DNA from: Octopus bimaculoides
Taxonomy: Eukaryota
Assembly: GCF_001194135.2 (NCBI RefSeq)
Contig: NC_068986.1
Location: forward strand, 9,526,317-9,589,912
DNA: 63,596 bases
Direction of reading: 5' to 3'
This document shows positions 1-12,429 of this stretch, one piece after another. The position numbers were made by a program, and so were the translations under genes. A model generated the notes under the pieces. It had not been told where the DNA came from. It did no database searches and was given only the letters and a program-made list of their open reading frames with translations. Numbering within the stretch: the first letter of the stretch is position 1; each line of letters starts with the position of its first letter.

Positions 1-90
1 ATATATATAATATTCTTATTGTATTCTTATACCAAAATTTTATACATCCACATGAAGATGCAATAAATCAAATAGAACTGATGTCTTGTT

Positions 91-100
91 ATGGATCCAG
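91..100 (+). CDS. Candidate first coding exon end (ATG GAT CCA G) of the ABRA-like gene
   Basis: ATG at 91 is preceded by an in-frame TGA and followed by donor CAG|gtaaca at 101. It ends in phase 1, which matches exon 5967-6015 (giving MDPD-LDHIG...). No transcript evidence. Confidence 0.25.
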
Positions 101-575
101 GTAACAATCTTCAAATAAATGAAATAAGATGTTATATTTCATTCTCATTTATCTTATGACTACTACAACATAAAATTTGACTTAAACCTTTCCCCAAAAA
201 ACAAATTTCATTCTGAAATTATAACAAATCAAATGTCTTTTGCTGTTACGTTGTATATTCCAGTTTAGTTTTCTGTTAAAAATCTTAAAAGACAAAATGT
301 TTCTGTTTGTAGTGTATAATTTTATCAGCAAGAATTATCAGCATTTGAATTATCTCTCAGTTATGTACCAATCTTTATCACATCCTTATTCCAAATCTTA
401 TTATAAGAACAAAAGAAAGGTATAGAATCTTTATCTCTTCATGTAAATTCTTCTTTTCTTTTTTTTTTTTGTTGAAATATTCCTTCAGATTTTTGCTTCT
501 TCAGAGATAAAAAGACTTTCAAACAATTCTTGAACTGAACACGAAAAATAACTAACTCTTAGTTGAGATAGAATA

Positions 576-925
576 AAACTATCTCACTTTTAAACAAATA
601 GATTCACAAAGAATTTTACCAATCTTCACTACAAATTCCATAACAATAAAACTATCCATTCATAAATAAACAGATTCACAGAGAATTTTACCAATCTTCA
701 CTGCAAATTCCACAACAATAAAACTATTTTTAAAGAAACAAATTTACAAAGAATTTTACCAATCTTAACTACAAATTCCATAACAATAAAACTATCCATT
801 CATAAATAAACAGATTCACAGAGAATTTTACCAATTTTCTCTACAAATTCCATAACATTAATACTATTTTTAAAGAAACAGATTCACAGGGAATTTTACC
901 AATCTTCTCTACAAATTCCATAACA
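576..925. repeat. Minisatellite with alternating 72/68-bp units
   Basis: Anchor GAATTTTACCAAT starts at 611, 683, 751, 823 and 891. Confidence 0.9.
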
Positions 926-2431
926 GTGATCCCACCTTGTCTCCTTTGGTAGTTTTTCCCTTCCAATTTATTTTATTAAACCAAAAACAAAATGGAACCT
1001 CTCTGTTTGTCTGTTTGTCTGTTTCTCTCTCTCTCTCTCTCTCTTTCTTTCTTTGCTTCAGACTAATATACAAAATATTTGTTTTCTTTCTTTAGCTTTC
1101 CATTTTAAGAATCAAAATCTCCATTNNNNNNNNNNNNNNNNNNNNNNNNNNNNNNNNNNNNNNNNNNNNNNNNNNNNNNNNNNNNNNNNNNNNNNNNNNN
1201 NNNNNNNNNNNNNNNNNNNNNNNNNNNNNNNNNNNNNNNNNNNNNNNNNNTAGCCATAGACTCATTATCTATCACAAGATATTCAATCTTCCTTCCTAAC
1301 ATAGACCAGATGTGTAAATTAAATGGTAATTAAAAATTAAGAGGAAACTACTTCATTAAGAGGGCATAATTAATATATTTTATGAATTAAAAAGAATACT
1401 ACAGAGACAGTGAGGTGTATAGCAAGGATTCTCATTGCCCAGGAATAAACATAATACTACCTGCTGCAAAGTCCCCACCCTAATCAACAGGCATGATAAG
1501 CCAGAGGAAATTTCACACCTCCTCCCTCACCTGCAATGGAGGGGGGGGGGGTGCACATTCACACCCACACTTTCTTGCTATGCCACTGCAGAGATAGAAA
1601 TGGAAAAAATATATATATATAGCAGAAATTATAGAGTGTTGGTGTGGAAGGAGAGGAAGTTGGTTTACACAGAACACAAGAAGATAAGAAGATATTCAGT
1701 TTGAAGTGGTTCACTTTTAGTTATTTGAGAAGAGGAAATTCATGAAACATATTCAAAGAATCCTAGTAATAAATTCCACAAGTCCAATCCCATATAAACA
1801 CTGATTTTCTCTCCAGTTTTTCTAACAATGATCTGTCTTACCAGATGTTGTTTTAAGGCCTAACCTTAACTCCCACCTTCTTTTGGAAACCAGTGGGGAC
1901 ATATTATTGATTTTTTTTTTTTCAATTAAGATCATTCTGACATTGTTTAAACCTGCAAAAGGTGGTGGCCCTATCCTTCACAGTATCTAGGTCTCTCAGA
2001 GTACACAGCCCACAATTATTTATAAAATGTGTATATATACCATCAACATAGTGCCCCAGCATGGTCACAGTCCACTGACTGAAACCAGTAAAAAATGTTT
2101 AAAAAATCTTCAAATTCTTTTTCACTACTGTTCTCCTCTCATTCTTTAACCATTTCAGCCTCATCTAAAACATTACCACATCTTGAAAAATTTGCTGACA
2201 ATCTCTTCGTGTACTGCATCCAGTGAAGTTTTTATCTATTGTACATTTTTATAATACAGGGTCTATTCATACATCCAGTAGGGGTCAGGTTCAGGTTATT
2301 TTCATGTATCTGGCTTGAAACATTCCTATATTTTTGCCATTCCTCATGTACAAATATTTTGGAAAGTTTCTTTACAGAATGATCTAAAGACAGTATTTAT
2401 GAAATAAGTCATTGTCATCATCTTTTAACAT

Positions 2432-2560
2432 CTATTTTTCCATGCTGGCATGGATTGGATGGTTCAACAGGAGCTGGCAAACCAGAGAGCTATACCAAGC
2501 TCCCTCCACTTGTCTGTTGAAATGGTTTTTACAGCTGGATGCCATTCCTAATACCGCTAC
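2432..2560 (-). mobile_element. RTE LINE 3'UTR/tail fragment
   Basis: Contains ttttccatgctggcatgg and acagctggatgcc(a)ttccta, shared with the RTE 3' ends at 34745-35450 and 40515-41326. Confidence 0.7.
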
Positions 2561-2859
2561 TTTTGTTGTTTTATAATTCTGTAACTTCCTGCTCGTTATT
2601 TCTGTGCAAAGAGATATAAATACATCAATTTGCAACAGGGTCAGCTTTTTCTAAAATGCTCCCAGTTGTTTGGCCCATAACTTTATGACCCAACATTCTT
2701 TCCATCTTAATTCATCCTTATTCTTACTCACAGACATTCAAAGTGATTGCAACCAAGATGTATCCCACAATGCTACACAAGGAACTGTTTATCTTTTATT
2801 AGCTTTGGTAGACCCTCAATTTCATGCTGTGTGTCTCTGCCAATAACATTAGTGGAATT

Positions 2860-3241
2860 CTGCTTATCCTCTCCTCTTTGCTAAGCTACTTCTATCTCTC
2901 CCCTCCACACTGATATTTACCATTAGCCAAATCTCCACCCTGGTTTATCACTCATTACATCCACCTCTCACCCCATCCTTAACTATCTGTCACTCTCTCT
3001 GCCCAGACACTTATGAAATTAGCCATCCTTTTCTCCCCCCCCCCCTGATCCACACCCTATACTCTCCCTTATACTCACCTTTGGGTATCTTAAGAGTAAG
3101 CTCTGGCATCCTATCACCATCTTCTTCTTTCCAGCTACTCTCATCCACCCTCACATAAGGTGATGTAGCGATGTATCTCCTCTAAAGCAACACACCTGTA
3201 CTTGTCCCCGTTTTGAACTTTAACCTTCGACACCTAGCATG

Positions 3242-3275
<34 letters not shown>

Positions 3276-3540
3276 ATATTCACCTCTAATTAGTTAAGGG
3301 AGCAGTGTTTATTTTCTTTTATTTGTTTTACTTTGTCTTGCATGTTACTTGGCAACCTCACTAGTGCTGGTGTCGCAAAAAAAAAAAAAGCACCCAGTAC
3401 CCACTGTAAAGAGGTTAGCTGTAGAAATCAAGCCAAAGTTGACACTGGGGCCTGACACAGCTCTGCAGCTTGTTGGTTCCTGTCAAACTGTCTAACCAAC
3501 CCATGCCAGCATGGAAAATGGATGCTAAATGATGATGATA
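2860..3540 (+). mobile_element. Old composite retroelement: pyrimidine-rich body plus RTE-type tail
   Basis: Motif gtatctcctcta.agcaa.acacc is followed by ttacttggcaacctcactagtgctgg and a (GAT)n-like end. Confidence 0.55.
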
Positions 3541-3988
3541 ATATCAGGTATGACTTGTTGCTCAGCATGATAGCTGTAGCCAGCACAGCCTACTCGGCAT
3601 TGATCAATAATAATACCTCATGTCTTTTAAAGAATCTGCAGCACCATGAAGTTTTCTCTTGAAAATGATTTATCTGTAGACTTTAGTAATGTTTCTTGCT
3701 TGAAGAATTATCATCTTTGTACATATAGCAATGTTAAATACTGTATCTTCCACGTCTTCAATTGTTCTTCTGATTTATACCATTAAGCAATGCCATTTCA
3801 AACAATGTATTTAGTGGATGGCAAAAAATTTCTGTTTTCCTTCTTGTTTTTACCATTCTCCTGAGGGCCCCACCCCCATACTTTGATACAGCTCTATTAT
3901 AATTTTGCTTAGCACATTCTATCATCTGTAACATATAATAGACTGCTGCTTCCATTTAAAACTCATTAAGGATACTGCAAATGGAAAT

Positions 3989-4215
3989 TTAACCCTTCAG
4001 CATTTAAACTGGCTGTATCCCTCCGAAATATTCTCCCTGTTCTATGTTCAAACTGGTCAGATTCAGACTATCACACCTATCCTACAATCTCATTCTAAAA
4101 GTAACAATTGTATCGTTGAAATCTCAAAGCTATGGGATAATCCAGGATTAATTGAAAACAACGTGGATAAATAAGCATTACATTTGACAGAATAATCTGG
4201 ATGCTAAGGGGTTAA
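3989..4215. mobile_element. piggyBac-like MITE, family 1
   Basis: TTAA|CCCTTCAGCAT ... ATGCTAAGGGG|TTAA; homologous to 22526-22754. Confidence 0.75.
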
Positions 4216-4329
4216 AATAGTTACAGAGACTTCACAAATGGACATAACAAAATGGAGCGAAGGGAGATGTGTGTTTAATTTAATATTGCCATCGACCAAT
4301 GAGAAAAACTTGTTTGCGAATGAGCCCCA

Positions 4330-4739
4330 CATATACACGCTCACTCTCTCTCTGCCTCTCTATCCTTCTCTTTATGTCTCTTTTTCTCTCTTTCCTTTTC
4401 AAACTGGGGTATCCTCATATCTCCTCTACAGCAAAACACCCATTATTCTTTTTAACTTCTCATCAAGTGGCACACACGCACCTCTCTCAACACTACTCTC
4501 CAGTCAAGGGGGCTTTTGTTTTGCGATCTATTTGCTAACTTCACTGGTCCTGGTACCACATAAAAAGCACCCACTACTCTCTGTGAAGTAGTTGGTGTCA
4601 GGAAGGGCATCCAACAATAGAAATCATGCCACAGCAGACAATAGAGATTTACACAGTCCTTTGGTTTATCAGCTTTTGTCAGACCCTCCAACCCATGCCA
4701 GCTTGGAAAATGAACATCAAATGAGAATAATGATGATGA

Positions 4740-4742
<3 letters not shown>
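4330..4742 (+). mobile_element. Old composite retroelement (body plus RTE-type tail)
   Basis: catatctcctctacagcaaaacacc, then ctaacttcactggtcctggtaccacataaaaagcaccc, ending in atgatgatgat. Confidence 0.55.
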
Positions 4743-4782
<40 letters not shown>

Positions 4783-5966
4783 TATTATACTTGTGTGTGT
4801 GTGTGTGTGCGTGTGTGCACATGCACATGTGTGTGTGATGGTGTGAGTCCTACCATGACATCTGGCAGAAGTACAGAAACTATTGGCACTCTGACTGTGT
4901 CAATCTGTACACTTTATCTCTGGGTTCTGTTGAACCAAATGACCATCACCATCAACAACCATTCCAGTTAGTAAGCTCCTCAACAGTAACCCTAATACTT
5001 GTTAATATAACATAGTCCAAGTCACCGATTAACTAGAAAAGAGATGTGACATGTCTGTTGATGATGCAGGCACAGTAACCAACTGGTTGAAATAGCAATG
5101 ACAGAGCAGGTCTACTGGCACCAGTTCTTCTGAATATATTATTGGCTGTCGCACCAGTTGATTAGTGTCAAAGATGATGACGAAGACTTATCTGTTGGTA
5201 CCAGTGTATTTGAGGAGAGACAATTGTTTACAAAAACAAATTGCTAATTAATAAATCTATGTTCAATTTACAAGAGTACCAAGAATATTATAACATTAGG
5301 GTATTCACTACAAAAGAAAAAAAAAAAAGAAGTATTATTCTAGTTGTTGATGCAAGAAAGATAATTAACATCCAATTATTCCCATAGATTACTATTCTCA
5401 ACACTTGGCAGCCTCATATCACATAACATCTGTGCAGCATCGTCTGTAATGACACCATAAACAATTAGGACATTGCATATATATATATATGTATGTATTC
5501 ATATAATTTTAAAACTTTGTTAAAGATTTTGCAAAAGATACCAAACTGGTTTCAACAATATATTGTTTTTCAGTGGCGAATAAAAAAAGTTTAGGAGAGA
5601 TTGAAGGTACAAGGAAAAATTTGGAAAAACATGCTTAAAAGATTAAATGTTCATACAAATTCCAATATTCAAAAAGTTTCACAGAGATTATTATGTAGAC
5701 ATATTGTATTCTCTTTACTCAAAATGTACAAAGTTGTACTACAAGCATATTGCTAAGAAAGAAGACACCATAAATTCATATCCATCATTAGAAAGGCTCA
5801 TGATCACTTTACATGTACAAGTTTATATTTTCAGATCTAACTAACCCACATCAACACTTAAAATATATTACTAAACAAATGTAAATGATGTTCTTATATT
5901 GAAATTATTGTTTTTCAAAACTGTTATGTGTATCTAGTAATGCTTTTAATATTGTATCATTTACAG

Positions 5967-6015
5967 ATCTAGACCATATTGGAGTGATTCAAGAAGGTGA
6001 TATTATTGGTAAAAA
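5967..6015 (+). CDS. Candidate 49-nt internal coding exon, (D)LDHIGVIQEGDIIGK(K)
   Basis: Acceptor ttgtatcatttacag| and donor AAAA|gtgaga. Only one frame is open across the exon (phase 1 to phase 2), and it is in frame with the ABRA exon acceptor at 17623. Confidence 0.4.
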
Positions 6016-6849
6016 GTGAGAATATCTATATATTTATTTGGTTTTATTTTTCAGTTTACTCCCCTTCCCACCCCACCCCAACTCCCATAGCATTCTTAGA
6101 ATGACTTTCTTTTCCAAATGTAGATACTCGCATATTGTCAAATCAGATAGTTTTTAAAGTCAATAACTCAACCATCAAGGAGAAATGGTACCCGTAGCCA
6201 ACCAGGCAGACTGATCTAACCACAGTAATAATATTACACTGTGACTACAAGCAAGATTTGAACATAGCATCACATGGTCAGTAAGCCAGCACCTTAACCT
6301 TACAGCTATGGTTTATTAGTTACCAGATTTGTACAACCAGATTTGTAAGCAGTTTCTTCTTGAGACAGTAAGGGAGCTTCTATACAATTGCTTAACCTGT
6401 TAAAAATTGCTGAAAACTTCCCTCAAATCATACCTTACAATCTTTGAAAAGAAAGGACACATTGGATCAATTATATCTGAAAAAATAGGAATAGAATGAT
6501 TGTAGTTAACACATCTTTGATTATAGGTCTGTCTGATCAGATCTGAGGCTTCCTGTATTAAAAATCATTATTATCATTGGATTGGCAGATTTGTTACAGC
6601 ATTGTATAAAAGGCCAAATAAGTTTGACCCTTGCTTGGAAAGAAGTAAGGCATAGTGACAGGAAGGGATTCTAGGCATAGAAAATCTGTCTCAACTAATT
6701 CCATCCAACCTATGCAAGCATGGAACAGTAGGTGTTAAATTATGATGTTGACGATGATGATAATGATGATATAGTAAAAATTTTTGAAAACTGTGAAAAT
6801 AATCAACTCTATGTGAATTATGTCAACTTGAGATTCAATACCATCCAGC

Positions 6850-7271
6850 CATCTTTGATTTTCTATCCCTATTCTTTCTTTATCCTTCTTCTTGTACCTT
6901 GAGAGTACACCCTGACACCACAATCTCCACCATCCATTCTCCTCTACAACAAGACACCTATTCTTGTCTTTCTGTCATACTTTAGCCTCTCAAACACCTG
7001 ACATAAAGCTACTTCCCTCAATACTATGTCCCCACCCACACCATTCAGTAGTGGGGGGGGGCTTGTCTGGCAAGTTACTTGGAGAACTCACAAATGCTAT
7101 TACCATGAAAAAAATATCCTTTGTACACTCTGTAAAGTGGTTGGCATTTGGAAGAGCATCCAACCCTAGAAACCATGCCAAAGCTGGCATTGGAGCTCAG
7201 TGCAACCCTCCAGTTCACTGGGTCCTATGAAACTGTCCAACCCATTGCAGTGTGGAAGACAGGCATTAAAT
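6850..7271 (+). mobile_element. Old composite retroelement (body plus RTE-type tail), tail interrupted by a SINE
   Basis: ctcctctacaacaagacacc, then agttacttggagaactcac ... gtacactctgtaaagtggttggc. Confidence 0.55.
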
Positions 7272-7509
7272 TATAAAAAGGCAGCGAGCTGGTGGAAACG
7301 TTAGCACGTCGGGCGAAATGCTTAGCGGTATTTCATCTGCTGTTACGCTCTGAGTTTAAATTCCGCCGAGGTCGACTTTGCCTTTCATCCTTTCGGGGTC
7401 GATAAATTAAGTACCAGTTACGCACTGGGGTCGATCTAATCGACTTAATCCCTTTGTCTGTCCTTGTTTGTCCCCTCTGTGTGTAGCCCCTTGTGGGCAG
7501 TAAAGAAAT
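7272..7509 (+). mobile_element. tRNA-derived SINE family A, CpG-rich young copy with 11-bp TSD
   Basis: Head aaggcagcgagctggtggaaacgttagc and core gcctttcatcctttcggggtcgataaa; flanked by AGGCATTAAAT at 7261-7271 and 7510-7520. Confidence 0.9.
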
Positions 7510-9149
7510 AGGCATTAAATGATAATGAAGATAGCCAGTCTTGCTGTCCATCACTACATTGTCTACCATGAGATGACTAACACAACCACGCTAGGATACA
7601 TGATGGCTACAACTACTATGAGGGAGAATATGTATGTCTGACAGTCATCACAAATACTGTTAATACCTCCTTCCTGTGAGAGCAGAAGGGCCTAGAATCA
7701 GTCTAAACGAATTCCAAACAGATAAATACTAACTCCCACCCCACTCCTTAGTAAAATTCTCCCCTCCCTCCAAATTATTAATTAGAAGACAAAACAGAGT
7801 TTGTATCCATGTAATTCTTCTTTTCCCATCATTGTTTTGGACAAGTTTAAATAATTTAAAACATCTGAATTCTATATTTTTAAAAAATAGCAATTTGTTC
7901 TGTTTTCAATCTTGATGGCACATTCTTCAACCCACCACCACCACCCCTACCAATAGAAGTACACATATTATCAGAAACACAATACCACTTTCATTCCACC
8001 TAGCTAGACACACTCCTTTCATTCACATTTTGGAGCAACCAGCTAGTGCTCCAATTCCAGCAAAAGACATGCCACCCATGTCATCACTGTTCAGATCCAA
8101 TCATTGACTTAGATTTATGTTTCTAATATGGTAATGGTGGTGGTGGTGGTGGTGGTGGTGGTGGTGGTGGTCGGGGGATGGGGTGATGCTGATGATATGT
8201 CAAGTGTTCAATGATAATTGACAAAACCAAACTGGTAATTTGTAGATCTACCTTCAAGTTACTGGGGTGCCATGAATGTGAAGATAGAAGATGCTTGAAA
8301 TACAGACAAAACAGTACACACCATCTTTAATTCAGAGATGAATAATGGTGAAAAAAAAAAAGTTCCTACTGGCAAAAGAAAGGGCATTTAGCTATAGTGA
8401 CCATGCCAAAGCAGACATTGGGGCTCAAGGTAGACCTCTGACTTATCAGATCCTGTCAAACCAACTAAACCATGCTCTGGCATAGGAGACAGATGGTAAA
8501 AGATAATGAACATGATAAGCTCAATTACACTGCAATGTCTATGTAATTCAAGTACGGTCCATAAATAAAGCCAGATATAATTTTCTTGAAATGGATTTAC
8601 AATTTGCAGAGATAATGTGATTATTATAATGATGTGGGAGACCAACAGATTCTGATCTAAGAATAGATTAAGGAAGATAGTTTCTTTCAGTTTAATGCTA
8701 TCATGTGTCAATACAAGGAGAGTGAGATACAGTGAAGGAATGAAATAATTATGACAACAATGACTAAGTTATTAAATATCAATTAATACAGATTAATTAA
8801 TAAATAATCTTAATTACAACATAGTTACAAATTCTTTCATACTCTTCCTCCAATGACTGTGTCATGTTATTGTTTAACCCTTCGTCAGCCTTGGCTGAAT
8901 AGACCTATGATCAAAGCTGTTCCAACCATGACCTTCCCATTTTTTCATATATCTAAGACTGCATTGTTCAGTGCACCCCTTTCATTTCTTTTGTTTTCAA
9001 GATGATCAGTGTGAATTGAGGGATATTTGACTGCTACATCTAACAAACCAACCAAGTCTAGAAACATTCTTAATGGTCTTGCAGTGTTCAGTCTCCAACT
9101 TGAGTAATCTCTGTACCCCTGTACTCGTGGCATGTATATATATATATAC

Positions 9150-9190
<41 letters not shown>

Positions 9191-10139
9191 NNNNNNNNNN
9201 GTAATCTCTGTACCCCTGTACTCGTGGCATGTATATATATATATACATATATATATATATGTTGTAAACACACATAGTGACAATAAAACTCAGATAAATT
9301 ATGAAGCTCATTGCAATTGTGTTGAAAAAATAAACCTGTTAGAAATATATTGATATGTTCCTTAGAAAAATTCCTCTCTGTATATTATAGTTTAGGCAAA
9401 AAAGTATTTCTATTAAAGCAGACCAACGTTCACAATTTGTTGATATTTCTAAATATTTAAAAGGTAATTAGCATTGATGTACTAAACAGCTTAAACAGTT
9501 TCTTTATCTCAGATTTTTCTCAAGATTACAAAATTATTGTTGATTATACAACTTTGTAGATGATATATTTTTGTGGCTGGTATAATTTTGTAGTTTATAT
9601 TGCAGATAAAATAATTTTATAAATAAGATAATTGTGAAGATAATGTAATTATTATTATTATAGATATCATTTTACAATTTTTAGGAAAGAGTTAGTGTGT
9701 AACTAAAAGATGCTCCGCATTTGTTTCAAATATTTAGTGAAGCTATTTTTGACTTAGTGGTTTGTTTTGATTCCTCAATCTTATTTGCTAATCAATTCCT
9801 CATAAGCCAAAGATAAACTCCTGGCATCAACCACCATAACTTTTCTTTGAGTCCCAAGTTAAAGCCATTTCACTTCACCAACTTCACATCTATGGATGCC
9901 AAAATATCTTACCAATACTTGCTTTAAAATGTAATGTCTTATGAAATCAATTCATTCTAGACATTTTCTACTGGAATCTATCTAATTGCAAAATAAGTTG
10001 AAAACAAGTGCCACTCCTATTTCACAGTTCAATGATTCAGTTGGATGAGCACAGAACTGTAAAAACAATTGGTTGCAACAATTCATGCATAAAGTTAATA
10101 AAATCTATTCTATTGAAGTTAGTGTGAAAATATGGAACA

Positions 10140-11130
10140 TATTATTTTTACTATTATTGTTTGCGTTATTGTTGCAGTTTCATATGAGCTGTTCTGAATC
10201 TCCCTCAGAGACCTGAAGTAAAAGCAAGTTGGACATCTTACTGTGAATGTTATTTATGATTAGTAATCATATATTGTATGGGAAGGAGGCTAGAATCTGA
10301 CAACTAAAATTCTATTAAATTTGTAATATTTCAGTTTTGAAAGAGTTTTAGGAAGAGTCAGGTATTTTCAAGTTGACAATGTCTTCTTTAGAATGTGGGC
10401 AGTACTTATGAGAACAATGTTTTGCAGTTCTGATACCATGGGGTTTCCTGGTACATGGCTGTAGTGTTTAAGAATGCCATTTGATACTGTCCCCCAAGCT
10501 CCAATGATCACAGGTACAATTGTTGGTCTTAGATGCCACATTTTTAAAACCTCTATTTCAAGGTCCTTGTATTTACTTAGCTTTGCAAATGTTTTTACAG
10601 AAGTTTTGCAGTCTGCTGGGGTTGACATACCTATGAGCAGATACATTTCGTTAACGTGACTTTTTACCACAATACCAGATCTGTTGGCCTGTCTAGCACA
10701 ATCAAGTTGGATACTAAAATTCCAAACAACAGTGATATCTTTATTTTCTACTACTCAGACAGGCTTATATACCCACCACTTCTTACATGGGAGTCCAGAC
10801 TTATGCATACGATCCAATACAAGTACTGGCCAAGTCTATCATGGCAATTAATATATTCGTTTGAGGCAAGCATGGAGCATCCAGAGAGGAGACAGTTGAT
10901 TGCTTCCCTGGCTGCAAGACAAAAGTGGTAAGCAAAATCAGCACCATTTTTAAGAATGCTTGTTTGGTAGTTTCTAATGGGCAGGCACTGACACTGAGCT
11001 GCTGTAATGAAGCTCTCTCTTTCTGATCTAAATCCAGATGCTGCCAACCACTGATGGGTCATATTTGTATCTACATCAGGATTATTGGCCCTTGAAGGGT
11101 ATTTCCCATGCAATGCCTTACTTTTCCATG
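10140..11130 (-). mobile_element. R4/Dong-type (restriction-like endonuclease) non-LTR retrotransposon, 3' fragment
   Basis: HGKYP...THQWLAASG...ESFITAAQ.Q.LP.RNY, a degraded CCHC region (...SGCSMLA.NEY..CHDRLGQYLYW), and RLE C-terminus KLSKYKDLEIEV.KMW...VPVIIGAWG...AHILKKTL; (AAT)-rich 3' end. Confidence 0.9.
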
Positions 11131-11174
11131 TATTTCACACAACACTGAGATTTCAGTTGTTTGGTTATTATTCT

Positions 11175-11375
11175 TAAGGCAGAATAATTAGCCCAGCAGA
11201 CAAAATGCCAAACAGCATTTCTTCCACCTTTATGTTCTGAGTTCAAATGTCACCAAAGTCAGCTTTGTCTTTCATCCTTTCAGGGTCAATGAAATAAGTA
11301 CCAGTTGAGTGCTGGAGTCAATGTAATTGACTAATCCTCTCCCCAGAGATTTCAGATTTTGTGCTTATAGTAGAG
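11175..11375 (+). mobile_element. SINE family A, decayed, followed by a (TTA)n tract
   Basis: gttctgagttcaaat ... tttcatcctttcagggtcaatgaaataagtaccagtt. Confidence 0.8.
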
Positions 11376-11378
11376 AGG

Positions 11379-11380
<2 letters not shown>

Positions 11381-11440
<60 letters not shown>

Positions 11441-11448
11441 TATTATTG
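11381..11448. repeat. (TTA)n microsatellite
   Basis: Direct reading. Confidence 0.95.
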
Positions 11449-12232
11449 AGTGAGAGAGTAGCACATGCCATCAAAGTGACATGTGTAAAATGCACAAAGC
11501 CCAGTATACCCATCATGACTACCCGCCTGATAAGGGTACACCAGGCACATGCATCACAACCATATGTGCATGACATGGTGATCTCATATCAAGTTAAACA
11601 GCACATGACCTTGCAGATGGGACCCAAAATTTTCTTCAGGTTGAGTAGCCCATCCCACTCAAAAGGTCCTTGAATAAGGGTTGTTTAAGAATGTTGAAAG
11701 AACCACCCATGTTTCCAGAGGTAAATTATTCAAACCCCAAAAAATTCCTCTCAACACATGGCTATGATGCTTCCCCACTACTTCTGTTCATGATCAGAGA
11801 TACACATATCATCAACCACCAAGGGACATGCTCAACTGGTTAAGGTCAAACAACTGACAAGCAAATCTGTGGTATTGAGCAGAATATTTGCTGTAGCCCA
11901 TCTTTTATATTAAGACAAAACAATGTACATGATAACACTTCCAATCAATTAAGATCAGAAGCCATGAGAGCCACTGCCTGGTACTGCATCAGGGCATTTA
12001 TTATTGCTGTTGTTATTATTATGCACTGGATTGTCAGAATCATTATCGAAACAGATTAAACACTTTGATGTATTTTGTTACATCCCTCTGATTTCAAAAT
12101 TGATTGATATCAACTGAGTTTTTCATCCTTTACTGGGTCATTAAAATAAGTTACTGGTCTTCATTTAATTATATCATAAATATCTGGTCATGTGTAAATG
12201 TTAAAAATCATTGTCTATATCCATATATATAC

Positions 12233-12284
<52 letters not shown>

Positions 12285-12429
12285 GGATGGATGCACATGC
12301 CCACACATTTACACAAATATCCTCAGGAATATTCTCATCCTTCCTTAGCTATCATTATTAGAAATGTTGCCAACTTTCAGGGATATACGTTACAAATTCT
12401 TAGAATAAACGTTTGTTCAATGAAGCTGC

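Noticed and set aside
5380-5443. Minus-strand exon candidate DAAQMLCDMRLPSVEN
   Set aside because: Isolated, weak donor, no supporting exons or homology.
9101-9250. Exact ~45-bp duplication (gtaatctctgtacccctgtactcgtggcatg...) around a 10-N gap
   Set aside because: Typical contig-overlap artefact at an (AT)n tract.
11449-11998. Segment recalled as a common octopus interspersed repeat with an (AAT)n end
   Set aside because: Single copy in this window with no coding or promoter motif, so the class cannot be supported from the sequence alone.
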